Source: an uncultured Candidatus Saccharibacteria bacterium
GTDB taxonomy: Bacteria; Patescibacteriota; Doudnabacteria; UBA920
Reading direction: 5' to 3'
Assembly: GCA_964416765.1 (NCBI GenBank)
Contig: CAYQEU010000001.1
Coordinates: 340,480 to 404,479 of the forward strand
Length of the DNA: 64,000 nt
The translations under genes were made by a program, and so were the position numbers. Shown here piece by piece: positions 1 to 9,960 of this stretch (position 1 is the first letter of the stretch; each line of letters starts with the position of its first letter). Under the pieces are notes generated by a model. The model saw only the letters and a list, made by a program, of their open reading frames with translations, searched no databases and had not been told where the DNA came from.

Positions 1-92
1 TTGTCCAACATCAAAGCCCCGAGAATTGATTGCTCGGCTTCCAGGTTCTGCGGTGGCATGCGGTCGACAGAGGATTTTGTTAACGATTGCAT
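1..92 (-). CDS. dnaB: Replicative DNA helicase DnaB, 5' end (runs off the window)
   Basis: Manual translation from ATG at 92 gives MQSLTKSSVDRMPPQNLEAEQSILGALMLD, the typical DnaB N-terminal PPQNLEAEQS motif; not in the ORF track. Confidence 0.85.
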   Translation of the reverse strand, partial: MQSLTKSSVDRMPPQNLEAEQSILGALMLD

Positions 93-235
93 TGGTTTCT
101 GTTCGTTTTGGGCTATTACGCGGCTATTAAGTGGTCATTTAATCTTAGCATAAATTAACTTAGCCAATAACCCTCTAGGCGGTGCAAAAGGTGGGGATTT
201 TAGGTTGAAAACTTGGCTTGTTTAAGCTCAGAGTA

Positions 236-264
236 TTGACAAAAATGCCAATTTGCGGTATAAT
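236..264 (+). promoter_or_regulatory. Consensus sigma70 promoter
   Basis: TTGACA (236-241), 17-bp spacer, TATAAT (259-264). Confidence 0.8.
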
Positions 265-384
265 TGGCGACATAAACGTAAAAATTGGTTTTTGAACCTT
301 CTTTTGGGTTTATAAAGTTTCGAAACTTTTGGCGTACCGCAAGGTACATAGGAATAAGGACAACGATAGTTGGAGGACTATTTA

Positions 385-780
385 ATGAAAAAGAGAAAGC
401 CCGTGACCCTGGCTGAATGGGTCAGACGTTACGCGGATTCCCAGAATCCGCAAATGCTGACGGAAATTGAGCGTCAGCTTCGCGGGGCATACCCGAATTT
501 GCCCCGTCTGTCGAAAGATGACCGGCAGATGTTCATCGCCGCCGGCTTTAACCACGAACTGCTCGTGGAAGCCGAAAAGCTAAAGACCGAAAAGCGTCCG
601 GTATTACACCCGACGTTTTTGAAGTCTTTCCCGCTGACGTGGCTTTGGGTGAACCCCAAAGACATCGAAGTGGTGAAGATGAACATTCCCACCCACATCG
701 TCATCCTCGGACTTAACTGCAACCAGCTTGCTAAGGACGTTCCACTCGAACAACGTCCGTCGTCTCGGATGATGTATTAG
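385..780 (+). CDS. Hypothetical protein
   Basis: ORF with GGAGG SD (372-376) before ATG 385, own promoter and terminator; no motif recognised. Confidence 0.65.
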   Translation: MKKRKPVTLAEWVRRYADSQNPQMLTEIERQLRGAYPNLPRLSKDDRQMFIAAGFNHELLVEAEKLKTEKRPVLHPTFLKSFPLTWLWVNPKDIEVVKMNIPTHIVILGLNCNQLAKDVPLEQRPSSRMMY

Positions 781-804
781 CAAATTTCTCTCCCACAACC
801 GCCG

Positions 805-843
805 AAAAGGGCCCGCTGACGCAAGTCTGCCGGGTCCTTTTTT
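805..843. terminator. Bidirectional intrinsic terminator
   Basis: AAAAGGGCCCG...CGGGTCCTTTTTT hairpin between convergent genes. Confidence 0.7.
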
Positions 844-868
844 CATGTTATGCAGTTGCCCTATTTGC

Positions 869-2248
869 CTATTTCTTTTTGGCGACTTGACCCTCTGATG
901 TGTCTCGAACCTCGTAGCCCTGTTCTTCAATTTGCTGACGGAGGCTGTCTGATAAAGCAAAATCTTTGGTCTTTTTTGCTTCCTCGCGGCGGTCTAGCAA
1001 TTCCTGGATGTTCTGTGGGATATCAATGGCTTCGCTTTTTTCCAGGCTAAGTCCGAATACTCGATCGAAATCTTTTAGCGTTGTAATTTTATCTTCTAAC
1101 TCTATTTGTTGGTCTTTCATCAGTTCCCAAGCTAAAGCCACCGCTTTCGGAGCGTTCAAGTCGTCATTAATGAATTCGGTAAACTTTTCTTTGTAAGCTG
1201 GGACAATGTTGCCGCTCCTAGCATTTTGGGATACAAAGTCATTTAATTTAAGGCGTGCCTGGCGGGCGGCCTGCAGGCTTTCCCAGGTAAAGTTAAGCTG
1301 GGTGCGCCAGTTGGCGGTAAGGCACAAATAACGGAAATCCAATGGAGAGAACCCTTTTTCAATTAAAGTATCTAAGGTGTATGCGTTCCCTTCGCTTTTG
1401 CCCATGCGACCTTCGTCTATGAGCAGGAACTCACCATGCATCCAGCGGTTGGCTAGTGGCAGTTCGTAAGCCGCTTCGCTTTGGGCAATTTCGTTGGTGT
1501 GGTGGGTGCCAATGTGGTCCACTCCGCCGGTATGGATATCAAACGGCTGGCCGAGGATCTTTCGTGATATTGCGGAACATTCAATGTGCCAGCCAGGAAA
1601 ACCATCACCCCAGGGTGATGGCCAGCGCAGGACATGGTCTTTGTATCGCCCGGCCAGGAAAAACCAAAGCGCGAAGTCGGCGGGGTTCTTCTTTCCGGTG
1701 TCTACCACCACCTCGTCGCGGGCGCCCGTCTTCTTGTCTTCCAGTTTTTGCCCCGAAAGTTTTCCGTAATCGGAGAGTTTGCTGGTATCAAAGTAAATGG
1801 CGAATTCGTCGCGGTAAGTGAAGCCCTTTTCTTCCAGGAGCTTTATAATCTCAATTTGCTCAGGTACGGTTTCGGTGGCGCGCAACACCCGGTGCGCCCG
1901 CTCAATATTGAGCTGGTCGGTGTCCTCAAAAAACTTTTGTTCATAAAATTGGGCGACTTCCAAGGGATGTTTGCCTTCGCGGGCCGCGCCTACCTCCATT
2001 TTGTCCTCGCCTTCGTCACCGTCGCCAACCAAATGGCCCACGTCGGTAATGTTCATGCCGTGGACTACTTCAAAGCCGTCATATTCCAAAACGCGGCGAA
2101 GCAAGTCGCTAAAAATGTAGGTTCGCAAATTTCCGATATGGGCAAAGTGGTATACCGTGGGTCCGCAGGTGTAAATCCTTACTTTGTTCCGGTGGATGGT
2201 GAGGAGTTCAGAAACCGAGCGGGTAAGGGTGTCGTAGAGTTTAGGCAT
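869..2248 (-). CDS. cysS: Cysteine--tRNA ligase
   Basis: CGPTVY, HIGN, GFPGWHIECSA, RMGKS (KMSKS variant). Confidence 0.97.
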   Translation of the reverse strand: MPKLYDTLTRSVSELLTIHRNKVRIYTCGPTVYHFAHIGNLRTYIFSDLLRRVLEYDGFEVVHGMNITDVGHLVGDGDEGEDKMEVGAAREGKHPLEVAQFYEQKFFEDTDQLNIERAHRVLRATETVPEQIEIIKLLEEKGFTYRDEFAIYFDTSKLSDYGKLSGQKLEDKKTGARDEVVVDTGKKNPADFALWFFLAGRYKDHVLRWPSPWGDGFPGWHIECSAISRKILGQPFDIHTGGVDHIGTHHTNEIAQSEAAYELPLANRWMHGEFLLIDEGRMGKSEGNAYTLDTLIEKGFSPLDFRYLCLTANWRTQLNFTWESLQAARQARLKLNDFVSQNARSGNIVPAYKEKFTEFINDDLNAPKAVALAWELMKDQQIELEDKITTLKDFDRVFGLSLEKSEAIDIPQNIQELLDRREEAKKTKDFALSDSLRQQIEEQGYEVRDTSEGQVAKKK

Positions 2249-2280
2249 GCGGAAATTATACCATTATATATTCCGAACCG

Positions 2281-3975
2281 CTAAGTGTTGCCGCGCAGGG
2301 TTTTGATGTGCTTTTCCTTCAGTTTGCGCAGGTGCTGGCCGATTTTCTCGTGCTTTAGGATATGGGCAATGTGCTGGCCGCCAACAAAGTGGGGCAGCAG
2401 GGCATAATCAATTTTTTTGTTATATAGCTCAATCGCGTCGTCTTCATCCAACGCCGTCATAATAATTTTTGCTTTGACGTTTTCTTTTTTGAGGGCTTCG
2501 AGCAGGGTAGCGTTGTCGTGCGCGTCGGGAACGGTTGAGATTATTAACCGGGCCTTGTGCATGCCGGCGAGTTGCTGAATATGGCTGTCTGTTATGTCAC
2601 CACAAATCGCGTTTAGTCCTTGGCGGCGGTACCGCTCAACAACCTCGGGGTCATGATCCACTATCATGAAGGGGAGCTTTAGCTTTTCCGCAGCCTCAAC
2701 CACATGGTGTCCCAGGCGGTGGGCACCGGCAATTATGATATGGTTCTTTAAGTTTAACTCGGTAATTCCCTTTTCCGCTTCACCTCCGCGCCAGTCGAAC
2801 CAGGACAACAGCCCCTTAAGGTGGTTATACAAGAATTCTGATTCAACTATGAAGTAAGAAGAAATTGCCATGGTAATAATGGCGGTCAAAGTGAGGAGGC
2901 TAGCCGTGTCTTGGTCAATGATTCCGGCTTTGAGGCCGAGCGCCATGAGAATCAAGCTAAACTCCGAAACCTGGCTCGTGGTAAGCGAAGTGAAAAAAGA
3001 CGTTCGGGGCTTGAACCCCAGACCACTCATCACCAACAATGAGACCAGGGGTTTTGCTATTAGAACGAAAGCGGTCAAAATGAGCGCGGGGATTATCACG
3101 GCGCCAGGATTACTGAATACAAGGGAAGAGCCCAGGGTGATAAAGAAGATGATAATGAAAAAGTCGCGGAGCGATTTTATCTTCGAACTAATTTCATAAT
3201 GGACCGCGCTGCTGGCCAGGGCCAGCCCGGCGAGGAACCCTCCGATTTCCACGTTGAATCCGATAAAGGGGAGGGACACTAGCGCGGCCAGGCCAAAAGC
3301 CCAAGCAAGCGAAAGGACCATCAATAATTCCTCCGATTTCCCTACCACCCGAAGGACAGCTGGAATGATGTACTTGCTGTGCCAGTGGATGAGCCACACC
3401 AGTACGCCTGCCTTGGCGATTGTGATCAGGATGTTTTGCCAGGGCGGCAAGCCCCCAAGGACCGGGGAAGTGCTTCCGGAAAAAAATATCAACAAAATGA
3501 TGGCGGCGAAATCCTGGAGCAGCAGCATGCTGACGGCAATCTTGCCGTAAAGGCTGTGCAGGTCTCTCTTTTCATTGAGTAGTTTGACTACGATGACCGT
3601 GGAGGAAAAGGTAAGAGCCGCGGCAATCAGACCGGCCGCGGGATTACCCAAACCAAGAATTTTAAGGAAGATAAAAGATAATGTGGCCGTGCCGATAACT
3701 TGTCCGAACGCGGCGAACATGGCGCTCTTGCCAATCTTTTTTAAGTTGGAAATATCGAGTTCGAGCCCGACCAAAAACAAAAGCAGGGTGATGCCGATTT
3801 CGGACAATCCTTGGAGGAGTTCATTGTGTTGGATGGTGTAATACCCAATGGGGCCAATTATCAACCCGGTAATAAGGTAGGCGATAATGGCTGGCTGGCG
3901 CAGGAAACTCATGAGAGTTGCCAGAACCCCGGCCGCGATAAACACCACGGTAAGTTCTATAAAAATATTACTCAA
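2281..3975 (-). CDS. CPA2 cation:proton antiporter (KefC-like) with TrkA-N domain
   Basis: Multi-TM N-terminus with GLELD, FSSTVIVVK and LLQD motifs; C-terminal Rossmann-like domain. Confidence 0.9.
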   Translation of the reverse strand: MSNIFIELTVVFIAAGVLATLMSFLRQPAIIAYLITGLIIGPIGYYTIQHNELLQGLSEIGITLLLFLVGLELDISNLKKIGKSAMFAAFGQVIGTATLSFIFLKILGLGNPAAGLIAAALTFSSTVIVVKLLNEKRDLHSLYGKIAVSMLLLQDFAAIILLIFFSGSTSPVLGGLPPWQNILITIAKAGVLVWLIHWHSKYIIPAVLRVVGKSEELLMVLSLAWAFGLAALVSLPFIGFNVEIGGFLAGLALASSAVHYEISSKIKSLRDFFIIIFFITLGSSLVFSNPGAVIIPALILTAFVLIAKPLVSLLVMSGLGFKPRTSFFTSLTTSQVSEFSLILMALGLKAGIIDQDTASLLTLTAIITMAISSYFIVESEFLYNHLKGLLSWFDWRGGEAEKGITELNLKNHIIIAGAHRLGHHVVEAAEKLKLPFMIVDHDPEVVERYRRQGLNAICGDITDSHIQQLAGMHKARLIISTVPDAHDNATLLEALKKENVKAKIIMTALDEDDAIELYNKKIDYALLPHFVGGQHIAHILKHEKIGQHLRKLKEKHIKTLRGNT

Positions 3976-4104
3976 TTTTGTCTTTGACTACTTTTGTTTC
4001 AGTTCTTTTGTCTCGCAAACTGTTACCCATATTGTACCAGAAAAACAGGCAAAATTGAACTTCATGCCCTTTTCTAAAGGGCTAAAAATCTGTACAATAC
4101 CTCT

Positions 4105-4689
4105 ATGAACTTAGACGCAATTTTTTTAATCGGCCCGCAAGGTTCGGGCAAGGGAACCCAGGGTAAACTCCTAGCCGAAAAGCATGGGATGTTTTATTGG
4201 GAGATGGGAAAGATTTTCCGCGATATCACCCAGGAAGACACCCCACTCGGACGGGAGCTGAAGGATTTGGTCAACCGGGGCGTACTGCTAAGCGACGAAA
4301 TCATTATGCAAGTGTTTAAAGACCGCTTTGCCAGCATTCCCAAAGACCAAGCTGTAATTTTTGATGGGGTACCACGACGGGTGGGGCAGGCTCAATTTGT
4401 ACTGGACGCGCTGCTGGAAAACGGGCGCACCAAATTTGTCACTCTCTTTGTGGATTTGCCCCGTGAAGAATCTCTCAACCGGCTCCTGCTCCGCGCGGAA
4501 AAGGAAGGGCGCAAAGACGACACCCGGGACGCGATTGAATACCGTCTACAACAGTATGAACAAGATACTCTCCCAGTTTTGGATTTCCTGAAATTGCACA
4601 GCGACTTCATCGAAATAGACGGTCGACCCCCGATTGAGGAGGTAACGGACGAGGTAGATCAAGCGTTAAAAAAGTATGTCCAATCATAA
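4105..4689 (+). CDS. adk: Adenylate/nucleoside monophosphate kinase, short-LID type
   Basis: GPQGSGKGTQ P-loop, DGVPR, RKDD. Confidence 0.85.
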   Translation: MNLDAIFLIGPQGSGKGTQGKLLAEKHGMFYWEMGKIFRDITQEDTPLGRELKDLVNRGVLLSDEIIMQVFKDRFASIPKDQAVIFDGVPRRVGQAQFVLDALLENGRTKFVTLFVDLPREESLNRLLLRAEKEGRKDDTRDAIEYRLQQYEQDTLPVLDFLKLHSDFIEIDGRPPIEEVTDEVDQALKKYVQS

Positions 4690-5314
4690 AAAGACTCCTC
4701 CATTTACCGTAGTATTGTTGGGAGATCCTGCGGCCGGTAAGGCCACCCAGGCGGAGTATCTTTCGGAGCAGTATAACCTGTACGATTTCGATATGGGTAA
4801 AGAGCTCGCGAAATTGCGCCGTCGCGATAAAGAGATAAACCACAATCTCAAAGCCAACAATGATAAAGGTAAAATGACCCCTACAAAGATCGCGCGGGGT
4901 ATCCTGAAAGAAACTATCGAAAAGGTACCGATGAGCAAGGGGATTCTATTTGATGGCCACCCGAAGATGCTGGGTGAAGCAAAAATGGCCAGCCGTCTCC
5001 TCAAGGCACATAAGCGCTTGCCGCCAGTGGTTATCTATATCTCCATACCAATTGAGGAAACAGTCAAGCGCATGGCTGATCGCGTAGGATATTTCGCGGG
5101 AAAGTATGGCAAGCGTGCTGATGATAATAACCAAGCCCTCAAGAACCGGGTTAAATATTACCGCACCAACATTGCCGACGTGGTTAACTTTTTTTCTTCA
5201 GTGTATGAATTCCATAAGATCAGCGGAATGGGCAGCAGGCTGCAGGTTAGGCAGGAGATCAACCGAATCATAAAAAACTATTTAAAAAAAATTGAGAATG
5301 GGGAAGTACGTTAA
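4676..5314 (+). CDS. Second, divergent adenylate-kinase-family protein
   Basis: GDPAAGKATQ, DGHPK, RADD. Confidence 0.8.
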   Translation: MSNHKKTPPFTVVLLGDPAAGKATQAEYLSEQYNLYDFDMGKELAKLRRRDKEINHNLKANNDKGKMTPTKIARGILKETIEKVPMSKGILFDGHPKMLGEAKMASRLLKAHKRLPPVVIYISIPIEETVKRMADRVGYFAGKYGKRADDNNQALKNRVKYYRTNIADVVNFFSSVYEFHKISGMGSRLQVRQEINRIIKNYLKKIENGEVR

Positions 5315-6056
5315 ATCCGAAGAAGAGATTCGGTTAATCGCCGAAGGCGGCAAGATAATGCAGCGAATCCTGGGCGACCTTGCCCGCATGGCAAAGCCGG
5401 GAGTAAGTACGGCCGAATTAAATCAATACGCTGAAGCGGAAATCATTAAAGCCGGGGGCCGCCCCAGTTTTATTAATTATGGGCCGAAAAACAACGCATT
5501 TCCCGCGGGGCTCTGCACGTCCCTTAACGACATTGTGGTGCATGGTATCCCCTCTCCTGAGGAAATTTTGAAAGAGGGCGATATCCTAGGGTTGGATATA
5601 GGGATGGAATATAAGAAACTTTATACTGACACGGCCATAACAGTTCCGGTAGGCAAAGTCTCCCCCGTCGCGGCAAAATTAATTTCGGTGACAAAAAAGT
5701 GTTTGGATGAGGCTTTGAAAGTTGCCGTCGTTGGAAACAAAATCGGCGACATTGGCGCGACCGTGCAGAAGGTTGCCGAGGCGGAAGGCTTCTCTGTCGT
5801 GCGCGATTTGGTGGGCCACGGGGTCGGTTATGACGTGCACGAAGACCCCATGGTACCGAACTACGGGAAAGCGGGGACAGGACTTACTTTGGAAGAAGGC
5901 ATGGTTCTCGCCATTGAACCAATGATTTGTGAAAAAGATTACCACGTGTTCGTGGATGAAGACGGCTGGACCATTCGTACCGAAGACGGCGGTTTAGCCG
6001 CGCACTTTGAACATACTGTCGCCGTCCGTCCGGACAAAGCGGAATTACTCACCTGA
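5298..6056 (+). CDS. map: Methionine aminopeptidase type I
   Basis: VVHGIP, GHGVG, HEDP, AIEPM, AHFEHT. Confidence 0.95.
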   Translation: MGKYVKSEEEIRLIAEGGKIMQRILGDLARMAKPGVSTAELNQYAEAEIIKAGGRPSFINYGPKNNAFPAGLCTSLNDIVVHGIPSPEEILKEGDILGLDIGMEYKKLYTDTAITVPVGKVSPVAAKLISVTKKCLDEALKVAVVGNKIGDIGATVQKVAEAEGFSVVRDLVGHGVGYDVHEDPMVPNYGKAGTGLTLEEGMVLAIEPMICEKDYHVFVDEDGWTIRTEDGGLAAHFEHTVAVRPDKAELLT

Positions 6057-6058
6057 TC

Positions 6059-7216
6059 ATGGAACCACTCGCCTCTCGAATCAGACCGAAAACACTGGAG
6101 GGATTCGTGGGCCAGACTCATTTGGTTGGGCCGGGCAAGCCACTTCGAATTGCCATAGAGAAAAAACAGATTTTCTCGTTTTTGCTTTGGGGTCCACCAG
6201 GGGTAGGCAAGACAACCCTAGCCAGAATTTATGCTAATGCCCTTGGCGCTGAATTTCATGAACTGTCCGCGGTGTCCGCGGGAAAAGAAGACATCAGGAA
6301 AATTGTTAGCGGGCACCAGCAAACCCTGCGACCGGTAGTCTTATTTTTGGATGAAATTCACCGCTTTAACAAAGCCCAGCAAGATTATCTGTTGCCTTTT
6401 GTGGAAAGCGGCCGGCTAATTTTGGTTGGCGCGACCACCGAAAACCCCAGCTTTGAAGTCATTCCCGCCTTGCTGTCGCGCCTGCGCGTATTTGTGCTGG
6501 AAGAGCTGAAGCCAAAAGAAATGGAGAAGATTGTTAAGCAGTCAGGATTTAAGCTAGACAAGAAAGCTTGCGAATGGCTCATCGAAATGGCAAACGGAGA
6601 CGCCCGCCAGGCCATTACCATGATTGAAAATACCGCTAACTTATATGACGGCAAAATCACCGTCGAAACCCTGACCGATACGCTGCAGTCGAAGTTCCTC
6701 AGGTACGACAAGAAAGGGGAAGAGCACTACAATACTATCAGCGCTTACATTAAAAGCATGCGCGCGAGCCAGCCTGACGCGGCGTTGTACTACCTGGGGC
6801 GCTTAATTGAATCAGGAGAAGATCCAAAATTCATCGCGCGGCGCATGGTTATTTTTGCCTCCGAGGATATTGGCATGGCGCAGCCCACCGCGCTAGTGGT
6901 TGCCAATGAAGTATTTAAAGCAGTGGAAACAATTGGGTTGCCGGAGTGCGCCATCAATCTCGCCCATGGAACCGTTTATATGTGTTCCTGCCCCAAGGAC
7001 AAGAGCGCTTACGAGGCGTACTACGCTGCTCTGGAAGATGTTCAAAAACATGGGAACTTGCCTATCCCCATGCGCGTCAGAAATGCCCCCACCAAGTTGA
7101 TGAAAGAATTGGGTTATGGCAGGGGCTATGAGAGGTATCCCAAGGAAGATTTGCTTCCCGAAAAAATTAGGGGAACAAAGTATTACAAACCCAAGAAAAA
7201 ACCCGCGAAAGATTAG
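6059..7216 (+). CDS. rarA: Replication-associated recombination protein A (MgsA/RarA)
   Basis: GPPGVGKTT, DEIHRFNKAQQD, GATTENP, ASEDIG. Confidence 0.95.
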   Translation: MEPLASRIRPKTLEGFVGQTHLVGPGKPLRIAIEKKQIFSFLLWGPPGVGKTTLARIYANALGAEFHELSAVSAGKEDIRKIVSGHQQTLRPVVLFLDEIHRFNKAQQDYLLPFVESGRLILVGATTENPSFEVIPALLSRLRVFVLEELKPKEMEKIVKQSGFKLDKKACEWLIEMANGDARQAITMIENTANLYDGKITVETLTDTLQSKFLRYDKKGEEHYNTISAYIKSMRASQPDAALYYLGRLIESGEDPKFIARRMVIFASEDIGMAQPTALVVANEVFKAVETIGLPECAINLAHGTVYMCSCPKDKSAYEAYYAALEDVQKHGNLPIPMRVRNAPTKLMKELGYGRGYERYPKEDLLPEKIRGTKYYKPKKKPAKD

Positions 7217-7268
7217 CCATTTTTATAATAACTGTTATAATTAAAGCAAATAATTATTATCCACTCAT

Positions 7269-8102
7269 ATGGAAAATTCACAAACCTATTCAGGCGGCGC
7301 TCCGATTGCAGAAAGACCCCGGATGAAAAAAGCTACCCAGCTTGTTAAGGAAAGTTGGGCAATCTACAAGGGGGACTTTAAGAATTTTGCCTACTTGGCG
7401 TTGCTCATCGGTTTATTCAGTTTTCTTACCTCGCTATTTTCAGTTTTTAACCCGGAAGGCAAGCAGGACGTAAACCCTGCCTGGTGGATCTATATTGTTG
7501 TCGTCGTCCTTGCGTATATTGTGATTTCTATTTGGGGAGGGGTAGCCCTGGTTTACAAGGCAGTTCACAACCCTGAGAAATTAACCGTGGGACAGGCCTT
7601 TAACCACTCCAAATCTAAAGTAGCTCCAGTGTTTTGGACTGGCATCCTGTCCGGCCTTATCATCCTCGGCGGTTTTATCCTGTTGATAATCCCGGGTATA
7701 ATTTTTGCGATCTGGTATTCGCTTGCGGAAAATGTTGTCATAGCCGAAGGGCTCAAGGGATGGGCCGCGCTAAAGCGAAGCAAATTTTACGTGAAAGGAT
7801 ATGCCGGAAGTATTGTGGCCCGCGGCCTCGTGGCCGGTCTGATGGTAGGTTTGCCTATCTGGATTATTGAAGTAATTATTAGTGCTTTAATTCCAGCCGT
7901 AATTCCAGGCAGTGCCGGTCTTATTATTACCCTGTTTTTGACCATAACCCTGAGCTCCCTGGCCGCCCCGATGGGGATCCTGGTTTCTTACCTGATCTAT
8001 GACAACATGGTGCAGATAAAGTCTCCCGGAGCAACCGGCGAAGCTCCTCAGCAATCTTACGTTCAGCATCAACCTCCAGTCGTCCCCAACCCAATTTCGT
8101 AG
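7269..8102 (+). CDS. Multi-pass membrane protein, function unknown
   Basis: About 6 hydrophobic segments; LLIIPGIIFAIWY...ALKRS pattern. Confidence 0.75.
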   Translation: MENSQTYSGGAPIAERPRMKKATQLVKESWAIYKGDFKNFAYLALLIGLFSFLTSLFSVFNPEGKQDVNPAWWIYIVVVVLAYIVISIWGGVALVYKAVHNPEKLTVGQAFNHSKSKVAPVFWTGILSGLIILGGFILLIIPGIIFAIWYSLAENVVIAEGLKGWAALKRSKFYVKGYAGSIVARGLVAGLMVGLPIWIIEVIISALIPAVIPGSAGLIITLFLTITLSSLAAPMGILVSYLIYDNMVQIKSPGATGEAPQQSYVQHQPPVVPNPIS

Positions 8103-8107
8103 CTTTT

Positions 8108-8137
8108 AAAACAGCGCCCGGCGAGGCGCTGTTTTTT
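8108..8137. terminator. Bidirectional intrinsic terminator
   Basis: AAAACAGCGCC-loop-GGCGCTGTTTT between convergent genes. Confidence 0.8.
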
Positions 8138-9950
8138 ATTGCTTGTTTTGAATTTCTTCCGCTAGTCGTTTAGCGAAATCTTCGACAGATATTGCTCCCA
8201 AATCCAGGTCATTCCTTCCCCGTACGGCAACGGCGGAAGCTTCCATCTCCTTGTCGCCAATAACCGCCTGGTAAGGCACTTTTTCGGTCGCTGCATCACG
8301 AATCTTTTTGCCCACGCTTTCGGCTCGGTCATCAATTTCAATTCTTAATGCAGGATTCAGTTCCTGCAGCTTTTTCTTAACGCTTACCGCGTATTCTATG
8401 TGCCGATCGGCAATGGGCAGCAGCTTTACCTGGACAGGAGAGAGCCATAAAGGGAACGCGCCAGCGTAATGCTCTATTAAGATGCCGATGAAGCGCTCGA
8501 GTGAACCGTAAATTACCCGGTGGACCACGACCGGGGTTTTGCGGCTACCGTCAGCGGTGGAGTATTCCAGTTCAAACCGGCGTGGTTGCTGGAAATCCAG
8601 CTGAATTGTTCCCATTTGCCATTCACGGCCGAGCACGTCGTTCATCAAAATATCTATCTTTGGGCCGTAAAAAGCGCCGTCGCCTTCTTCGATATAATAT
8701 TCACGGCCGCTTTTTTCGAGTATTTCTTTTAGGGAACTTTCCGCCCTGTCCCACGTTTCGACGTCACCCAGGAATTTTTCCGGACGGGTGCCCAAACGGA
8801 ATTTGTAACTAAGGTTGAATATTCCGTAGAAACGCTCGGTGATTTCGAAGATGCGCGCGAATTCTTCGCCGATCTGCTCTTCGGTAATGAAGTTATGGGA
8901 GTCATCCTGGCGGAACGAGCGGACCCGGAACAAGCCATTTAAAGCCCCCGCCAACTCATAACGGTGAAGGGTGTCGGTATCGGAAAGCCTCAAAGGCAGG
9001 TCACGGTAACTGCGGCTTTTGGAGCCGAACACCAGCATTGCGTTCGGACAGTTCATTGCCTTGATGCCGTATACTTCATGCTCGCCTTTATCCACGACAA
9101 ACATATTTTCCTGGTAATGGTCCCAGTGACCTGACGTTTCCCATAATTCTTTTTTGTTAACTAGGGGAGCTGATATTTCATGATAATCCCGCTGACGGTG
9201 TTCGGTGCGCCAGAAGTCGATAAGCTCATTCATGATGATCATCCCTTTTGGCAGCCAGTAAGGCATGCCCGGGGCGGTAGGGTGGAACATGAACAGGTCG
9301 AGCGCCGGACCAAGTTTTTTATGGTCCCGTTTTTCCGCTTCGGTCAGGAGCTCCAAATATTTATCCAATTCTTCTTTGGTTTCAAAAGCCAGACCGTAAA
9401 CGCGCTGCAATTGCGGGTTGGCCTGGTCGCCCCTCCAGTACGCGCCGGAAATTTTATCCAGCTTAAAGGCGTCGATGGAAATTTCACTGGTGTTTTCGAC
9501 GTGGCCGCCACGGCAAAGGTCGATGAACTCACCGGTCTTGTAGAGACTGACGGCAGTGTCTCCCGCGCTCGCTTCGCTACCGCTGTTGACGGCGCCGTCG
9601 GTGTTTAAAATTTCGTCAGCCTTCGTGGTGCCAAACTTTTCTATGTCAGAAATCAACTCAACCTTAAACGGTTGTTTGCGTGCTTCGAAAAACTTTTTTG
9701 CCTCTCCGGAGCTCATCTCCTGACGTTCGAAATCCAATTTGCTCTTGGCTAATGCTTTCATCCGTTTTTCTAGCTTGGGCAAGTCCTCCGGAGTCAAAGC
9801 TCGGGGTAAGAGGAAATCGTAGTAAAACCCATTTTCAATAACAGGGCCCACGCCCAGCTGGGCATCGGGGAACTGTTCCAGAACAGCGCTGGCCAGCAGG
9901 TGGGCGAGCGAGTGCCTGATACCATGAAGATTTTCGCTTATGTTAGACAT
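8136..9950 (-). CDS. thrS: Threonine--tRNA ligase lacking the N-terminal TGS domain
   Basis: RHSLAH and DLCRGGH editing domain; RDHKKLG, MNCP, GAFYGPKID, GSLERF. Confidence 0.97.
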   Translation of the reverse strand: MSNISENLHGIRHSLAHLLASAVLEQFPDAQLGVGPVIENGFYYDFLLPRALTPEDLPKLEKRMKALAKSKLDFERQEMSSGEAKKFFEARKQPFKVELISDIEKFGTTKADEILNTDGAVNSGSEASAGDTAVSLYKTGEFIDLCRGGHVENTSEISIDAFKLDKISGAYWRGDQANPQLQRVYGLAFETKEELDKYLELLTEAEKRDHKKLGPALDLFMFHPTAPGMPYWLPKGMIIMNELIDFWRTEHRQRDYHEISAPLVNKKELWETSGHWDHYQENMFVVDKGEHEVYGIKAMNCPNAMLVFGSKSRSYRDLPLRLSDTDTLHRYELAGALNGLFRVRSFRQDDSHNFITEEQIGEEFARIFEITERFYGIFNLSYKFRLGTRPEKFLGDVETWDRAESSLKEILEKSGREYYIEEGDGAFYGPKIDILMNDVLGREWQMGTIQLDFQQPRRFELEYSTADGSRKTPVVVHRVIYGSLERFIGILIEHYAGAFPLWLSPVQVKLLPIADRHIEYAVSVKKKLQELNPALRIEIDDRAESVGKKIRDAATEKVPYQAVIGDKEMEASAVAVRGRNDLDLGAISVEDFAKRLAEEIQNKQ

Positions 9951-9960
9951 ATTTTAAGTT

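Noticed and set aside
2249-2280. T-box upstream of cysS
   Set aside because: Only about 30 bp of intergenic sequence, occupied by a -10 box; no leader
1634-2284. 216-aa plus-strand ORF and many similar ORFs antisense to or nested in cysS, dnaE, secA, pepN and others
   Set aside because: Shadow frames of well-supported genes, with no motifs or expression signals
7257-7265. DnaA-box-like TTATCCACT (a similar one lies near 24259)
   Set aside because: Isolated single mismatched boxes; no cluster indicating oriC
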